Shown: piece by piece, positions 41,987 through 52,344 of the stretch
Position numbering within the stretch: position 1 is the stretch's first letter
Layout of the letters: each line of letters starts with the position of its first letter
Origin: an uncultured bacterium
Lineage (GTDB): Bacteria; Babelota; Babeliae; Babelales; Babelaceae
Direction: 5' to 3'
Length of the DNA: 64,000 nt
Assembly (NCBI GenBank): GCA_963819815.1
Contig: CAWFXL010000001.1
Span: forward strand, 704,001-768,000
The notes under the pieces: model-generated
Told to the model about the DNA's origin: nothing
Database searches by the model: none
The model's input: only the letters and a program-made list of their open reading frames with translations
Translations under genes and position numbers: made by a program

Positions 41987-43582
41987 ATGTTTGACTGGAT
42001 AGTCATCGTACCCCCTTTACTTGTCATTAGCTGTGTCCTCGCAACACGACGTATGATCCTTTCATTTCTCGTCGGAATTATTTCGAGTGCACTTATTGTC
42101 ACTCACGGACACATTATAAATGCGCTTAAGCTTTCCATTGGACATCTGTGGAAAAGTACAGGACTCCAGAACCTAACATCAGTTGAAGGCTTTCTCTCAA
42201 GCTGGAATCTTCTTATTTTTATATTTCTTATCTGTCTTGGCATCCTTATCATCCTACTATCAGAATCAGGAGCAGCAGAGGCCTACGTCCGATTAGTAAG
42301 CCGTAAAATCAAAACCCGCAAAGAGGCGGAAAGTGCTTCTCTCCTATTATCGCTCTTTTTCTTTATTGATGATTATTTTTCAGCACTCACCGTTGGGTCG
42401 GTAATGAGACCGCTTGCACAACTACATAATATCCATCCCGTTAAATTAGCATTTCTTACTACTGCTATGGCAACGCCAATCTCAATCATATCGCCCATTT
42501 CAAGCTGGGTAGGCGAAATAATTCTTCAGCTCAAGCAAGTGGGAATAGCTCCGGAGGGACCAAATACTGTTATTATTGGTGATCCTTATACCGTTTTTGT
42601 GTCAGCAATTCCGTATCTGATATATCCACTTCTTGTCATTGCTGGAACCTGGTACATCGTCTTACGCAACATATCCTATGGTCCCATGCAAAAATATGAT
42701 GCTATGAGAAGTCCAACTCACCACTCGGTTGCCCAAGTTGGTAAGAATGCATCTTTAATCGATTTTCTTATACCTCTGCTCACTCTTGTAGGCGTGGTAT
42801 GCGGAACCATGCTCTACACAGGAGGCTATTACCTTCTAGGAGGTACTGAAGGACTTATTTCAGCAATAAAAAATGCTGCTGTTCATAAGGCACTCTTTGC
42901 AGGAGGTGTAGCGAGTCTTCTTGTAAGCATGCTCTATTTTGGCATCAAAGGGACCATATCTGGTCCTAAACTTATACAAAGTGTCAGAGTTGGTTTTAAT
43001 TTGATGTTCCCTTCTATTATCATGCTCATCTGTGCCTGGTCTTTGGGAGCCATATTAAAAAATGATCTTAAAACTGGGAGCTATATTGCTACCTCAATGG
43101 CTTCACTTATTAGTATTGAATGGTTTCCCGTTATCAGCTTCTTAAGTGCTGCGTGTATAGCCTGGATGATAGGTTCTGCATGGGCTACTATCGGTCTTAT
43201 GTTTCCCATTATGATCGATATGCTGCAAAGCCTTCTTCACCTCGCTCCTCACACTCCGGTAGAATCAGTTGAGCTTATTTTGCCACTGGTAGGTGCAACT
43301 CTTTCTGGTGCCGTCATGGGAGTGCATCTTTCAGTTATTGCAGACAACTCTATGATGTCTGCTGCAAGTACAGGAGCGAACCATCTTGAACACGTAAAAA
43401 CGATGGCTTGGTATATTATTCCTATAGGCTTCTGTGCAGCAATTGGTTTTATGTGTGTTGGACTTCTATCGGCACATGTTGGTCTGAGGGCTTCACTTGC
43501 CATTGGATTAAGCAGCAGTTTATTGCTTACATGTCTCGCACTTGAATTGTGTCAGTATCTCTTTCATAAAAAAAGCACGTAG
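41987..43582 (+). CDS. NhaC-family transporter
   Basis: FIDDYF, PISSW, GSAWATIG, HVKT; many TM helices. Confidence 0.85.
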   Translation: MFDWIVIVPPLLVISCVLATRRMILSFLVGIISSALIVTHGHIINALKLSIGHLWKSTGLQNLTSVEGFLSSWNLLIFIFLICLGILIILLSESGAAEAYVRLVSRKIKTRKEAESASLLLSLFFFIDDYFSALTVGSVMRPLAQLHNIHPVKLAFLTTAMATPISIISPISSWVGEIILQLKQVGIAPEGPNTVIIGDPYTVFVSAIPYLIYPLLVIAGTWYIVLRNISYGPMQKYDAMRSPTHHSVAQVGKNASLIDFLIPLLTLVGVVCGTMLYTGGYYLLGGTEGLISAIKNAAVHKALFAGGVASLLVSMLYFGIKGTISGPKLIQSVRVGFNLMFPSIIMLICAWSLGAILKNDLKTGSYIATSMASLISIEWFPVISFLSAACIAWMIGSAWATIGLMFPIMIDMLQSLLHLAPHTPVESVELILPLVGATLSGAVMGVHLSVIADNSMMSAASTGANHLEHVKTMAWYIIPIGFCAAIGFMCVGLLSAHVGLRASLAIGLSSSLLLTCLALELCQYLFHKKST

Positions 43583-43736
43583 CTTACACTCACCATTAAA
43601 GAGAAAAATGCTTGAGAATAATCAAGTTTTTCCTTGAAAATCGGAAGTCCAACTTCCAAATTACAAGGTACTTTTAGTTTTGGACCCTATAAGCCATGTC
43701 CAATTTTCTTCTCTCTTATGAAACCTAAGAACCGTA

Positions 43737-44525
43737 TCACTCAGTCTCAAGCCGCACAAGTCCTTTAATTTTGCTTTGGTTAAACATATACATGAAGAAA
43801 TAGAGAGCAGCTATCCCATACAGACAATTAAGAATAAGCGCGACACCCAACTGATAGAAAGGGAAGGTACCAACACTCGCATACAAGCGCATACCTTCAA
43901 AGACATACCCCATGGGCACACACTTCGCAATCACAAATGCCCAAGAAGGTAATGCATTCAAAGCGTAAAAGAGACCACTAAAAGGAGCAAAACACCATCC
44001 AAGAACCCACACAAGTTTTTGGATTTTAAGACCGCCATACATAAGACATCCTGCAGCACAGAGACCGATCACCCATCCCGACTGCACGAGAAGCAAGAAG
44101 GCTGGCACCAAAAGAAGACCAAATGAAGCAATGTTTACCCCATAGATGATATACGCCATAATGCATCCAAATATGACGACAACCAGCGCATTGATGATTC
44201 CCACAATCATCGCAGAAGCAAGCCATTCTCGGAGCTTCAAGGGAGTTGCGAACACACTGACGATATTATGGGCCCATAGTTCAGCAAGCAAGCTCAGTGA
44301 CATATCCATATTTGATCGTACGCAGCCTTGCCACACGACCAAGCAAGCTAACCAGACGAGAGTAACGCCGGTTGTACCATCTGCATTGGGCACTCCGCGA
44401 CTGGTAAAACCCCAGAGCATGAGATCAAACAGCGGCCACCAAAAAATATCGATGTAAGGATCTATGCCGCGATAACTGAGCTTCAAATTGCGTTTAACTA
44501 ACGCCATAATTCGAACACTATCCAT
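43737..44525 (-). CDS. ABC-2 type exporter permease
   Basis: 6 TM, FATPLK, FSGLFY..LPSW, PMGYVFEGMR. Confidence 0.9.
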   Translation of the reverse strand: MDSVRIMALVKRNLKLSYRGIDPYIDIFWWPLFDLMLWGFTSRGVPNADGTTGVTLVWLACLVVWQGCVRSNMDMSLSLLAELWAHNIVSVFATPLKLREWLASAMIVGIINALVVVIFGCIMAYIIYGVNIASFGLLLVPAFLLLVQSGWVIGLCAAGCLMYGGLKIQKLVWVLGWCFAPFSGLFYALNALPSWAFVIAKCVPMGYVFEGMRLYASVGTFPFYQLGVALILNCLYGIAALYFFMYMFNQSKIKGLVRLETE

Positions 44526-45496
44526 TAAATATCCTTTCGAGATCCTGCTATCTCTAAAAAGTATTCCTCTAAGGTTGGCTTCTTAAGAGCAATCTGACTA
44601 TAAGAAAGGTGCCTCATGGCGAGCGCCTCAAGAAAGGGAGCAATATCTTTCTCATCAAGTTCTATGGTGATACCATCTTCATCATCCGCTGCCACCGTTA
44701 CTGCAAGATTATGATTTAAAGCAAACAGAGCAATCTCATCTTTTTGAGCACTCACAAGATAGAGACCTGTTTTTGAGACACTTGCAGCTAACGCTTCAGG
44801 CGTATCCTGGCCAATAATTTTTCCATTGCGTAACACCAAAACACGATCACAGACTTCGCTTACCTCGCTCATATTGTGGGAGGTAAACACAAGAGAAACT
44901 CCATGCTGCTTACGCTGCTCAAGAATAAAATGGCGCACTTCAATTGCAACATCTGGATCAAGTGCAGCTGTTGGCTCATCAAGCAGTACCACACGAGGGT
45001 GTGATAAAAAAGCTTTTGCAAGAATCGCACGCATCATTTCTCCAGCTGAAAGACCTGAAGCCTTGCGATCTTTCAAGCGCCATAGATCAAACACTTTAAG
45101 AAAATGTTCGATCCTTTTTACTCGTTCAGCACCGTTAATGCCATAGAGCTCACCATAGAATGATAAATTCTCAAAGATGGTAAGTCGCCCTAGTAGACGA
45201 ATATAGGTGCTCGCAAACGCAACTTTCCGCATAATATGCGAGCGGCGACGAAAAAAATCTTCACCAAAATAGGCAATTGAGCCCGATGTCGGTTGCATGA
45301 CGCCGAGCAGCATATGAATTGTCGTGGTTTTCCCCGCTCCGTTGGGGCCAAGAAGGCCAAGTATCTCACCCTTCCTAAGCTCAAAGGAGATCCCATCAAC
45401 AGAGGTAAATCGAACGTGAGAACGATCGAAGAACGACGTCGCTTCAAACACTTTCGTCAACTTCTCAACTCTCAACGGTACGTCATATGCTTCCAT
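44525..45496 (-). CDS. ABC-2 type exporter ATPase
   Basis: GPNGAGKTT, LSAGE, LLDEPT, PTLEEYFL. Confidence 0.93.
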   Translation of the reverse strand: MEAYDVPLRVEKLTKVFEATSFFDRSHVRFTSVDGISFELRKGEILGLLGPNGAGKTTTIHMLLGVMQPTSGSIAYFGEDFFRRRSHIMRKVAFASTYIRLLGRLTIFENLSFYGELYGINGAERVKRIEHFLKVFDLWRLKDRKASGLSAGEMMRAILAKAFLSHPRVVLLDEPTAALDPDVAIEVRHFILEQRKQHGVSLVFTSHNMSEVSEVCDRVLVLRNGKIIGQDTPEALAASVSKTGLYLVSAQKDEIALFALNHNLAVTVAADDEDGITIELDEKDIAPFLEALAMRHLSYSQIALKKPTLEEYFLEIAGSRKDI

Positions 45497-45564
45497 TAGA
45501 TACTATCCACCTACTTGCAAAACCTATAAAACTCAAAAACGTTGTTTCCTAGATACCCTTTTCC

Positions 45565-45648
45565 TTAGGCCCAAATGATAAGGCGGCTTAAAATAAAGAG
45601 TGCACTAAATACAATTCCTGCTAACAGCCTCAATCGGCAATGACACAT
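45565..45648 (-). CDS. Putative 27-aa hydrophobic small protein
   Basis: AGGAG RBS, MCHCRLRLLAGIVFSALFILSRLIIWA; TTGACA at 45713-45708 upstream. Confidence 0.5.
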   Translation of the reverse strand: MCHCRLRLLAGIVFSALFILSRLIIWA

Positions 45649-45855
45649 AGGAACTCCTATCTTCTGAGGGTTACTCGAGCACTCACTGTGCAACTTACTG
45701 CTCAAATTGTCAATCTCCGGGCTCGCGCAATGATTCAAAGATACTTGTAACTGCTATTTTCCTAATCATATACTTTTTTATTCTTTTAGCTTTTTTTAAG
45801 CCGGTTGCCTGATATACTTATACCAACATCACGCCCTCAACCAAGAGAGTTCGCT

Positions 45856-47172
45856 ATGAACACAACCTATCTCAAAATTGTTTTTTTCAGTATCAGCATG
45901 GCCTCACACTGCTTTGCCAGCCAACCAGTTCTCACGAAAGTTTCGGTACAACGACAGGTTCTCACTATCGAACCAAGCCCCTATATTAAAGAGACGTTTC
46001 TCAATAATCAAAATTTCACGGTTACCTATGATCGAACAATTGCAGGACTGCCAGAAACGGTGCTTACTATTCCCTACCTTATGTGTATAAGTCCCGTATT
46101 ATGGCTCTCGGGAAAAAGCTACACGATAGCCCAAATGGATCATGATACCTATTATGCACTAGAAAACATTAAACTCATCCTTAAAAAGTTCTATCCATGG
46201 CTTTCATTTGAAGGATCTCTCAAACCTAAAAGGCTCATTAACAACAGTCCTCCTCGCGCAAGAAAAGGAGCACAACTTGCTCTTCTTTTTAGTGGAGGCC
46301 TTGACTGTATAGCTGCATCGTTAGGCCTTATAGGCCACGACCAGCTCTTGATAACAAATCAAGGAATTGATATGCCTCTTAAGAACCCTCAGCTCTTTAA
46401 GAATGTAGAAGACCAAGTGAGAACCTTTGCATTAAGCTATGGTCACATGAATGCTTTGATTAGCTGTAACTTCTGCACAATACTTAACTATGAGTATTTG
46501 AAAGTATTCTCTCCAAAGATCACTAAATGGTGGTGGCTCGATGACGTTACTGATGCTATTAATCACACCTCACTAACCGCACCTCTTCTTTATAGCCTAG
46601 GCTATCAGGATCTCTATATAGCTGCTTCCCATACGGTTGATCATCCCTATCCTTATGGAAGTCATCCCCTTTTAGATAACCAGATTAGGTTTGCAGGAAT
46701 TCAAGTACATCACTTCCAGGAAGAGCTCGATCGTTGCCAAAAAATCGAACTTATAACATCCGCTTCTCAGCTCATTAATAAGCCTGTGCCAGCATTACGT
46801 GTCTGCTGGACCGATACAGAAGGAAATAACTGCCTATCCTGCGAAAAGTGTCTTCGTACCCTTAATAATATTCTCGTAACAGGCAACATACCTTTTGATT
46901 ATGGCTTCTGTATCTCAAAAGAGGAAGCTATGCATCAGACCCGAGTGTTTTTGAACAGTGATCCCATTAACACCTCAAAAATATTCTGGGAATGGACCGT
47001 CATCCAAAATGCCGCCCGTATGCGACTTAACAAGGGTATCAATCTCCCTGAAGAAGATCGCGAGTACCTCACTTGGCTTGCAAACATCAAGCTCGATGGG
47101 CAGCATGCTGAGAAAATCCATAAGGATGATGCACAAAAAGATTACTTTACCTGGCTCTGGAATGCTCGATAA
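45856..47172 (+). CDS. PP-loop (adenine nucleotide alpha-hydrolase) family protein with Cys cluster
   Basis: LLFSGGLDC, PYGSHPLLD, LRVCW..NCLSCEKCLRT; signal-like N-terminus. Confidence 0.7.
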   Translation: MNTTYLKIVFFSISMASHCFASQPVLTKVSVQRQVLTIEPSPYIKETFLNNQNFTVTYDRTIAGLPETVLTIPYLMCISPVLWLSGKSYTIAQMDHDTYYALENIKLILKKFYPWLSFEGSLKPKRLINNSPPRARKGAQLALLFSGGLDCIAASLGLIGHDQLLITNQGIDMPLKNPQLFKNVEDQVRTFALSYGHMNALISCNFCTILNYEYLKVFSPKITKWWWLDDVTDAINHTSLTAPLLYSLGYQDLYIAASHTVDHPYPYGSHPLLDNQIRFAGIQVHHFQEELDRCQKIELITSASQLINKPVPALRVCWTDTEGNNCLSCEKCLRTLNNILVTGNIPFDYGFCISKEEAMHQTRVFLNSDPINTSKIFWEWTVIQNAARMRLNKGINLPEEDREYLTWLANIKLDGQHAEKIHKDDAQKDYFTWLWNAR

Positions 47173-47195
47173 ACTTGCGACTAGCAAAGGAACCT

Positions 47196-47732
47196 ATGCA
47201 TAGAAAACATCTTCTTGAAAGCCTTGCAACCTATAGAGTAAGTCCCCTTATTACCGAAGAAGAACTTGAGGACTATGAAAAACTCATTGAGTTTATTAAT
47301 ACAAATCCCGAATGCTTTGAGCGTGAAAATGCAGGACATATTACCGGTTCAGTGTGGCTGGTGAATGACGAGATGACTCACGTTTTATTGACGCATCACA
47401 AAAAGCTCGGAATGTGGATCCAATTGGGCGGACATGCAGATGGAGATCCTGATATACAATCGGTAGCAATGAAAGAAGCACAAGAGGAATCTGGCATTAC
47501 TGGTCTTACGTTTGCCCATGAAGGAATTTTCGATATCGATATTCACCCTATACCTAACAAATGCCTTTTTCATTATGATGTGCGGTACTTGATCCAAGCA
47601 CCTCCTGGCGCAACGTATACAGTGAGTCATGAATCTCATGATCTTGCATGGGTCTCTCTTGTGAAGCTCTCTGAGTATACCAAGGCGCCTTCAGTGACCC
47701 GCATGGCTCAAAAAATGGTTCGTCTTCATTAG
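47196..47732 (+). CDS. NUDIX hydrolase
   Basis: GHITGS, WIQLGGHADG, AMKEAQEESG. Confidence 0.93.
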   Translation: MHRKHLLESLATYRVSPLITEEELEDYEKLIEFINTNPECFERENAGHITGSVWLVNDEMTHVLLTHHKKLGMWIQLGGHADGDPDIQSVAMKEAQEESGITGLTFAHEGIFDIDIHPIPNKCLFHYDVRYLIQAPPGATYTVSHESHDLAWVSLVKLSEYTKAPSVTRMAQKMVRLH

Positions 47733-47769
47733 AGCCTACCTGCGGATACGCTGCGATAGCTTCATCAGA

Positions 47770-48375
47770 TCACTCAGATAGATCGAGTTCGTAGCAACGC
47801 TTAAGCCACATCATAACCTCATCATCTATATCATGCAAAGATTGAAGAGCAATACGATGCGTAATACGATCACCTTTTTCAAGGCCGCCGGTTGCAATAA
47901 GTCGATTTGATTTGGCTTCTGGCATCTTCTTAAGTGCAAGACCTAGATCAACTCTTGTGCGCGTTGTTGGCTTAATCTGCGCAAATACGTGTGTGCGATA
48001 GAGCGGTGTTATCGTCTTACAGGGGGAAACTTTGACATCCGACCCTAAGGATAAAGCCCGCTCAAGAAGTGTATCATGCAAAGGACGGAGTACTTTCTTT
48101 TCCCCAGCATACATATTTTCAACATAGCTTACAGCAGACTTTAAGTACTCTTCATCGGTCTCAACTTGTTGGCCAGAAGCATATTCAGCAAGAAGATTTG
48201 CAGTCGTAGCCCCAAGGCCGAAGTTCTCTTTAAGCCATGTCCGTCGTTCTGCTATGGTAGAAGGTCCAGTTTGCTTAATAATCTCAATCCATTGATCGAG
48301 TGATTTGCCGGTAGTTTTTGAAAGTTGACGAACTATGCTATTTATATACGCGATAGACGGGTGAACACTGTACAT
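47770..48375 (-). CDS. DUF4287/DUF5655-like hypothetical protein
   Basis: KTTGKSLDQW..WLK..GLG, SPCKT..FAQI, RVDLGL, THRI. Confidence 0.75.
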   Translation of the reverse strand: MYSVHPSIAYINSIVRQLSKTTGKSLDQWIEIIKQTGPSTIAERRTWLKENFGLGATTANLLAEYASGQQVETDEEYLKSAVSYVENMYAGEKKVLRPLHDTLLERALSLGSDVKVSPCKTITPLYRTHVFAQIKPTTRTRVDLGLALKKMPEAKSNRLIATGGLEKGDRITHRIALQSLHDIDDEVMMWLKRCYELDLSE

Positions 48376-48573
48376 ACCTAATCCTCATGATATAAGACTT
48401 GTGCACTAATACTAGAATACTGGAAATTAGTATCCTCAGCAACTATGCTAAGTGCATTTGATGATTCAGTCTCACGATCGTGAATCTATTACCCACAGTT
48501 CAAAAACTGGGATGCCATACGTCGCCGATAATTCTCAGTTAACTTCTTTTATTGGCAACTTATAAAATATTCT

Positions 48574-50634
48574 CTAAGCTACCTTATTAAAAACATATTT
48601 GTGCTGCCCAGATTCAAGTACGAGCTGCAGATCACCATCATGTTGCCGTGGCAAAAACTCAAAGCCTGCGAAGAGACCAGTGGTCAAGAGTAGTTTAAGG
48701 GTACCATCTTTTTCTCGTTTTTGGCCAAGTGAACCTTTCCAATCGCGAGCATCTAATTCAGCACCACCAGATATTTCTCGAATGTTAAGCTGTCCCAATC
48801 TTGGATGCATGTACGTTCCTACAAATTGTTTGAGCCATGCACTATCCGGTTTAAAAGTGATATCCTCAAGGTATTTTTCAAACCACTTTTTTTGTTGATC
48901 AACGCCAATTTTTACCATTTCCAGCGCTTGTGATTTGCCATCAAAAAGCATCTCCATACATTTACGTTTTACCGCCTGCGTAAAAACCGTAGCTTGCCGT
49001 GCATTGGTGAGTATTACAAGCCCTAGGTTATGTTCTGGAAGGAAAAACAACAGCGACGAGAATCCCATCGTCATGCCATCATGGCCTACCGATAAAACCC
49101 CATGATCGTTTTCGATCAAAAGCGCCAGTCCATAACTAAGCTTGTCGGTAATCTTTACCTGCGACTCACGACGCTTTAAAAGATTCTCTTCTGAGATAAC
49201 TCGCTTACCTTCGGCAGTAACGCCTTTATTGAGTTCAATCATCACATATTGAGCCATATCATGAACATTGGACCACGCGCCACCTGCAGGACGTATAGAC
49301 TCTACCCATTTTTCATCACTCACTGCTAACGGTAGGTTAGCGCCATGTAAGTCCATACCATGAGGTACTGCATGATCAACCTTTTCAACTCGGGCAAAAT
49401 CAAACGTAGTTGAAGTCATACCCAGAGGATCAAACACTCGTGATTGCATGACAGTATCGTATGCCTTACCAAGTCCACTTTGTTTATCAACCGAATATGC
49501 AGCACCATAGCCACCAGCAGCAACCATCATATTGCTGTACTGAAATGTTTCGCCAAAGCCGGTAGTCGGCTTCATGTCGCGCATCTCTTGTATGCGAAAC
49601 TCAGGAGTTCCCTTATCATAGTTAAAGAGAGCTTCTATATCCTGTCGCGGTATTCCCGTACTCGCAGAAACCATATGTTTCATCAACACCTGCTTAGTAG
49701 TAGCTTCATCACCCAAAGCAAAATTAGACATCACCTTGGTTACTGGGGTATCCCACGTAAATCGTCCTTCGTCAACCAGCCGTGCCATCATCAAAGTTGT
49801 GAGCGCTTTGGTGGTAGAACCGATCATGAAAACTGTTTTTGGAGTAACCTTTTCTGGTTTGCCAAGCTCACGTACACCAAAGCCTTGCTCAAAAATCAGT
49901 TTCCCGTCTTGCACGATACCTACGGCAACGCCAGGGATTGCACACTGTACCCGTACGTGCTCTACAAAATCCGTAAACTCTTTCAACTGTTTAGCAGTTA
50001 GCGTATGTACTTTTTTATGAGCAAACGATTCCTCTTTCATACCTGGAACTTTAAAACTCGTATTTATCAAAAGCACACCAGCCATACGCCGATCAAATGC
50101 AGCTTTCGTACCATCAATAAGTATGAGGTACCATCGTGTGCCAACTCTCCCTGCTGTGGCAAAAACAAGTCGCCCTTCTTGTGTTGATGTATCATAGAAA
50201 TAGGTGACTAGCTCATCCCACCCATCCTGGGGCACTTCTTGTGATGTATGCTGAATTGTCCGTGCAAAATTTGGTTGTGCTTGCTTCCATGCACTCAACA
50301 CTGCTTGCTCAGCGTTAGCCTCGTTATTTTCAATGAGCGTTACGGTTAATTCGCGATCTGGCTCTTCGAGTATAATCATCTCCGGACGCTGCGATACAAA
50401 CCAACCTTTCTCTGCAGTAAAGGTACAACCTGAAGCGGTGGTTCCTTGCGTATTTTGATCTAGTTTTTTAAAAGACATCGTATCCCTATTTTCGCCTGTA
50501 TTCTGAGTATCACTATCATCGGCTTGTAACACAATATTATTTTTCTTGGTCGTGGGTTTTTGGTAACCTGGCATGAATTCAGCCATACCTGCTACAAAAC
50601 CTAGTACAACCAATTTTGCATATTTTTTTAACAT
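48574..50634 (-). CDS. Serine hydrolase, beta-lactamase/AmpC-like family, with N-terminal extension
   Basis: IGSTTK (SxxK), FQYSN (YxN), GHDG, PAGG. Confidence 0.9.
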   Translation of the reverse strand: MLKKYAKLVVLGFVAGMAEFMPGYQKPTTKKNNIVLQADDSDTQNTGENRDTMSFKKLDQNTQGTTASGCTFTAEKGWFVSQRPEMIILEEPDRELTVTLIENNEANAEQAVLSAWKQAQPNFARTIQHTSQEVPQDGWDELVTYFYDTSTQEGRLVFATAGRVGTRWYLILIDGTKAAFDRRMAGVLLINTSFKVPGMKEESFAHKKVHTLTAKQLKEFTDFVEHVRVQCAIPGVAVGIVQDGKLIFEQGFGVRELGKPEKVTPKTVFMIGSTTKALTTLMMARLVDEGRFTWDTPVTKVMSNFALGDEATTKQVLMKHMVSASTGIPRQDIEALFNYDKGTPEFRIQEMRDMKPTTGFGETFQYSNMMVAAGGYGAAYSVDKQSGLGKAYDTVMQSRVFDPLGMTSTTFDFARVEKVDHAVPHGMDLHGANLPLAVSDEKWVESIRPAGGAWSNVHDMAQYVMIELNKGVTAEGKRVISEENLLKRRESQVKITDKLSYGLALLIENDHGVLSVGHDGMTMGFSSLLFFLPEHNLGLVILTNARQATVFTQAVKRKCMEMLFDGKSQALEMVKIGVDQQKKWFEKYLEDITFKPDSAWLKQFVGTYMHPRLGQLNIREISGGAELDARDWKGSLGQKREKDGTLKLLLTTGLFAGFEFLPRQHDGDLQLVLESGQHKYVFNKVA

Positions 50635-50648
50635 ACAACCCCTCTTTG

Positions 50649-51191
50649 TTAAGGTAACTCACCATTTCTAATCTTTGTTAAGGTGCTCTCAATCCAATCC
50701 AACTCAGTCTGGTAATGAGCCAAAATTAACCGATGATTTTCATCAATATGTTTTGGCAAGGTGAGGTTTTTCATCGCCATGGGAAGGATTCGACTAGATG
50801 CTTTAATGACATGTCGCCATGTATCAGCCCGATGCTCTAATGCCATCACTAACTCATCTTTTGGTAAATAGTTCATAAAGGTAAGCGCAACTTGAAATGG
50901 ATCAACTGATGGCTTTAACTCAAGCCACTGCTTGCGTAACATTACCATAAAAGCATCCTTACCAGCTTGAGTAATTTGGTACACCGTCTTATCCTGCTTT
51001 CCACTTTGATCCTCACGAATGGTCAGAAGTCCCTCCTCAGCCATCTTCTTAAGCGCAAAGTAGATTGACCCATAGCCAATGTTGGCCCACTTATCAGCAT
51101 TCCATGATTCCAAAATCTGCTTTATTTCATAGCCATGGCTTGGCTGCCCATCATTCAAAAGACCCAAGAGTAATATTCGAATTGCTGACAT
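50649..51191 (-). CDS. PadR-family transcriptional regulator
   Basis: HGYEIK, GSIYFAL, YQITQAG. Confidence 0.92.
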   Translation of the reverse strand: MSAIRILLLGLLNDGQPSHGYEIKQILESWNADKWANIGYGSIYFALKKMAEEGLLTIREDQSGKQDKTVYQITQAGKDAFMVMLRKQWLELKPSVDPFQVALTFMNYLPKDELVMALEHRADTWRHVIKASSRILPMAMKNLTLPKHIDENHRLILAHYQTELDWIESTLTKIRNGELP

Positions 51192-51311
51192 AAAACCTCC
51201 ACGACTATTAAAACTTGTATAATAATTATTATATCAGGGTATCTTTTCTTAATCAAGTGCTCAAGACCAGAAGATGCTCCCCGGCAAGTCTCTTGTTTTT
51301 TGTTGAAAGAT

Positions 51312-51344
51312 TGTATATACTATGTTTATCCTAAGTTTATACAT
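51312..51344 (+). promoter_or_regulatory. Probable toxin-antitoxin operator, three 11-bp repeats
   Basis: TGTATATACTA / TGTTTATCCTA / AGTTTATACAT just before the AAGGAG RBS. Confidence 0.55.
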
Positions 51345-51359
51345 CAAGGAGTGAGTTTT

Positions 51360-51602
51360 ATGAAAAAAAAGCTTTCACGCCATGGCAATAGTTTTGCTGT
51401 GATCATAGATAAACCAATTTTAGAGCTTTTGGACATTAACGAAAAAACGATGCTTAAAATCAAGACTGACGGAAAGAGAATAATAATTGAGCCGCTAAAA
51501 AGCATAGATTGCGTCATTAGTAAGAATTCAAAAATTCAAGGCGCTTTTGAAGACATTATGCAAGAGCACGAAGATGCTTTTAGAAAGCTCTCTAAGCAGT
51601 GA
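51360..51602 (+). CDS. AbrB/MazE-type antitoxin
   Basis: KLSRHGNSFAVIIDKPIL; stop overlaps the toxin start. Confidence 0.88.
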   Translation: MKKKLSRHGNSFAVIIDKPILELLDINEKTMLKIKTDGKRIIIEPLKSIDCVISKNSKIQGAFEDIMQEHEDAFRKLSKQ

Positions 51603-51994
51603 GTTCCATGGATAATATTATTTTTTTAAATACAGAAAATGTGCTGATGATTCATGAAGCTCAAATCAATATGTTTGGTGGGTTTCCTGGTGTAAGAGAT
51701 CGGCATTTGCTTGACTCTGCCGTTTTGGCTCCTCAAGCAACCTTTTCTGGATCCTATTTACATGCTGATGTGTTTGCAATGGCAGCAGCATATATGTACA
51801 GTATCATTAAGAATCATCCCTTTTTTGATGGCAATAAAAGAACAGGTATCAGTACTGGTTTAGTTTTTCTTAGAGCAAATGACATTCCCTGTTATTTTTC
51901 AAACGAAGAGCTCGTCGAATTTGGTATAAAGATAGCAAATTCAACAAGTTCATTTGAGAATATCACTGAACAGTTACGCGATAGATGCCGTTAA
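51599..51994 (+). CDS. doc: Doc-family (Fic) toxin
   Basis: GVRD..LLDSA, HPFFDGNKRTG. Confidence 0.92.
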   Translation: MSSMDNIIFLNTENVLMIHEAQINMFGGFPGVRDRHLLDSAVLAPQATFSGSYLHADVFAMAAAYMYSIIKNHPFFDGNKRTGISTGLVFLRANDIPCYFSNEELVEFGIKIANSTSSFENITEQLRDRCR

Positions 51995-52093
51995 AAGCAT
52001 AAATTGCGAAGATTCTAACTGATTTTCCAAAAGCAAGAGCATTCCTAAGAGATTAATACCCACAGTACCATTAGAAATGCTCAATAGTTTAGG

Positions 52094-52136
52094 ATAAACC
52101 CTAAAGTTCAGAAAGAGTCTTAAATTTAGGGTTTAT
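52094..52136. repeat. 12-bp inverted repeat with 19-bp spacer
   Basis: ATAAACCCTAAA (52094-52105) and TTTAGGGTTTAT (52125-52136). Confidence 0.8.
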
Positions 52137-52344
52137 ATGGATGAGAAAAATACTGGTGCCTTGTTAAGAGATATCCTAATTTCTTGTACTTATAAATGCT
52201 CCGGGAATTAAAAAATCAAAAACCCATCATTTTCAGCAACTTTAGTAAAAAATAGCGCAAAAGTAGTTAAAATTACGACATTCATGCGATTTTTGCTTGA
52301 GAAAGTAGGTATTCCCGCATAGACTTGATTTAAAAACGAAGAAT

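Noticed and set aside
43647..43703. Alternating GTCCAA/TTGGAC/GTCCAA motifs as another operator array
   Set aside because: Only 6 bp each, within chance expectation, and between convergent genes
49444..50020. Long antisense ORFs, here and within other genes
   Set aside because: Shadow frames of well-supported genes, with no motifs of their own
48574..50634. Bona fide beta-lactamase resistance gene
   Set aside because: The motifs are shared by the wider serine hydrolase/peptidase family; substrate cannot be inferred
51300..52340. Prophage or mobile element around the doc TA pair
   Set aside because: No integrase, transposase, phage genes or att repeat of the nearby tRNA seen
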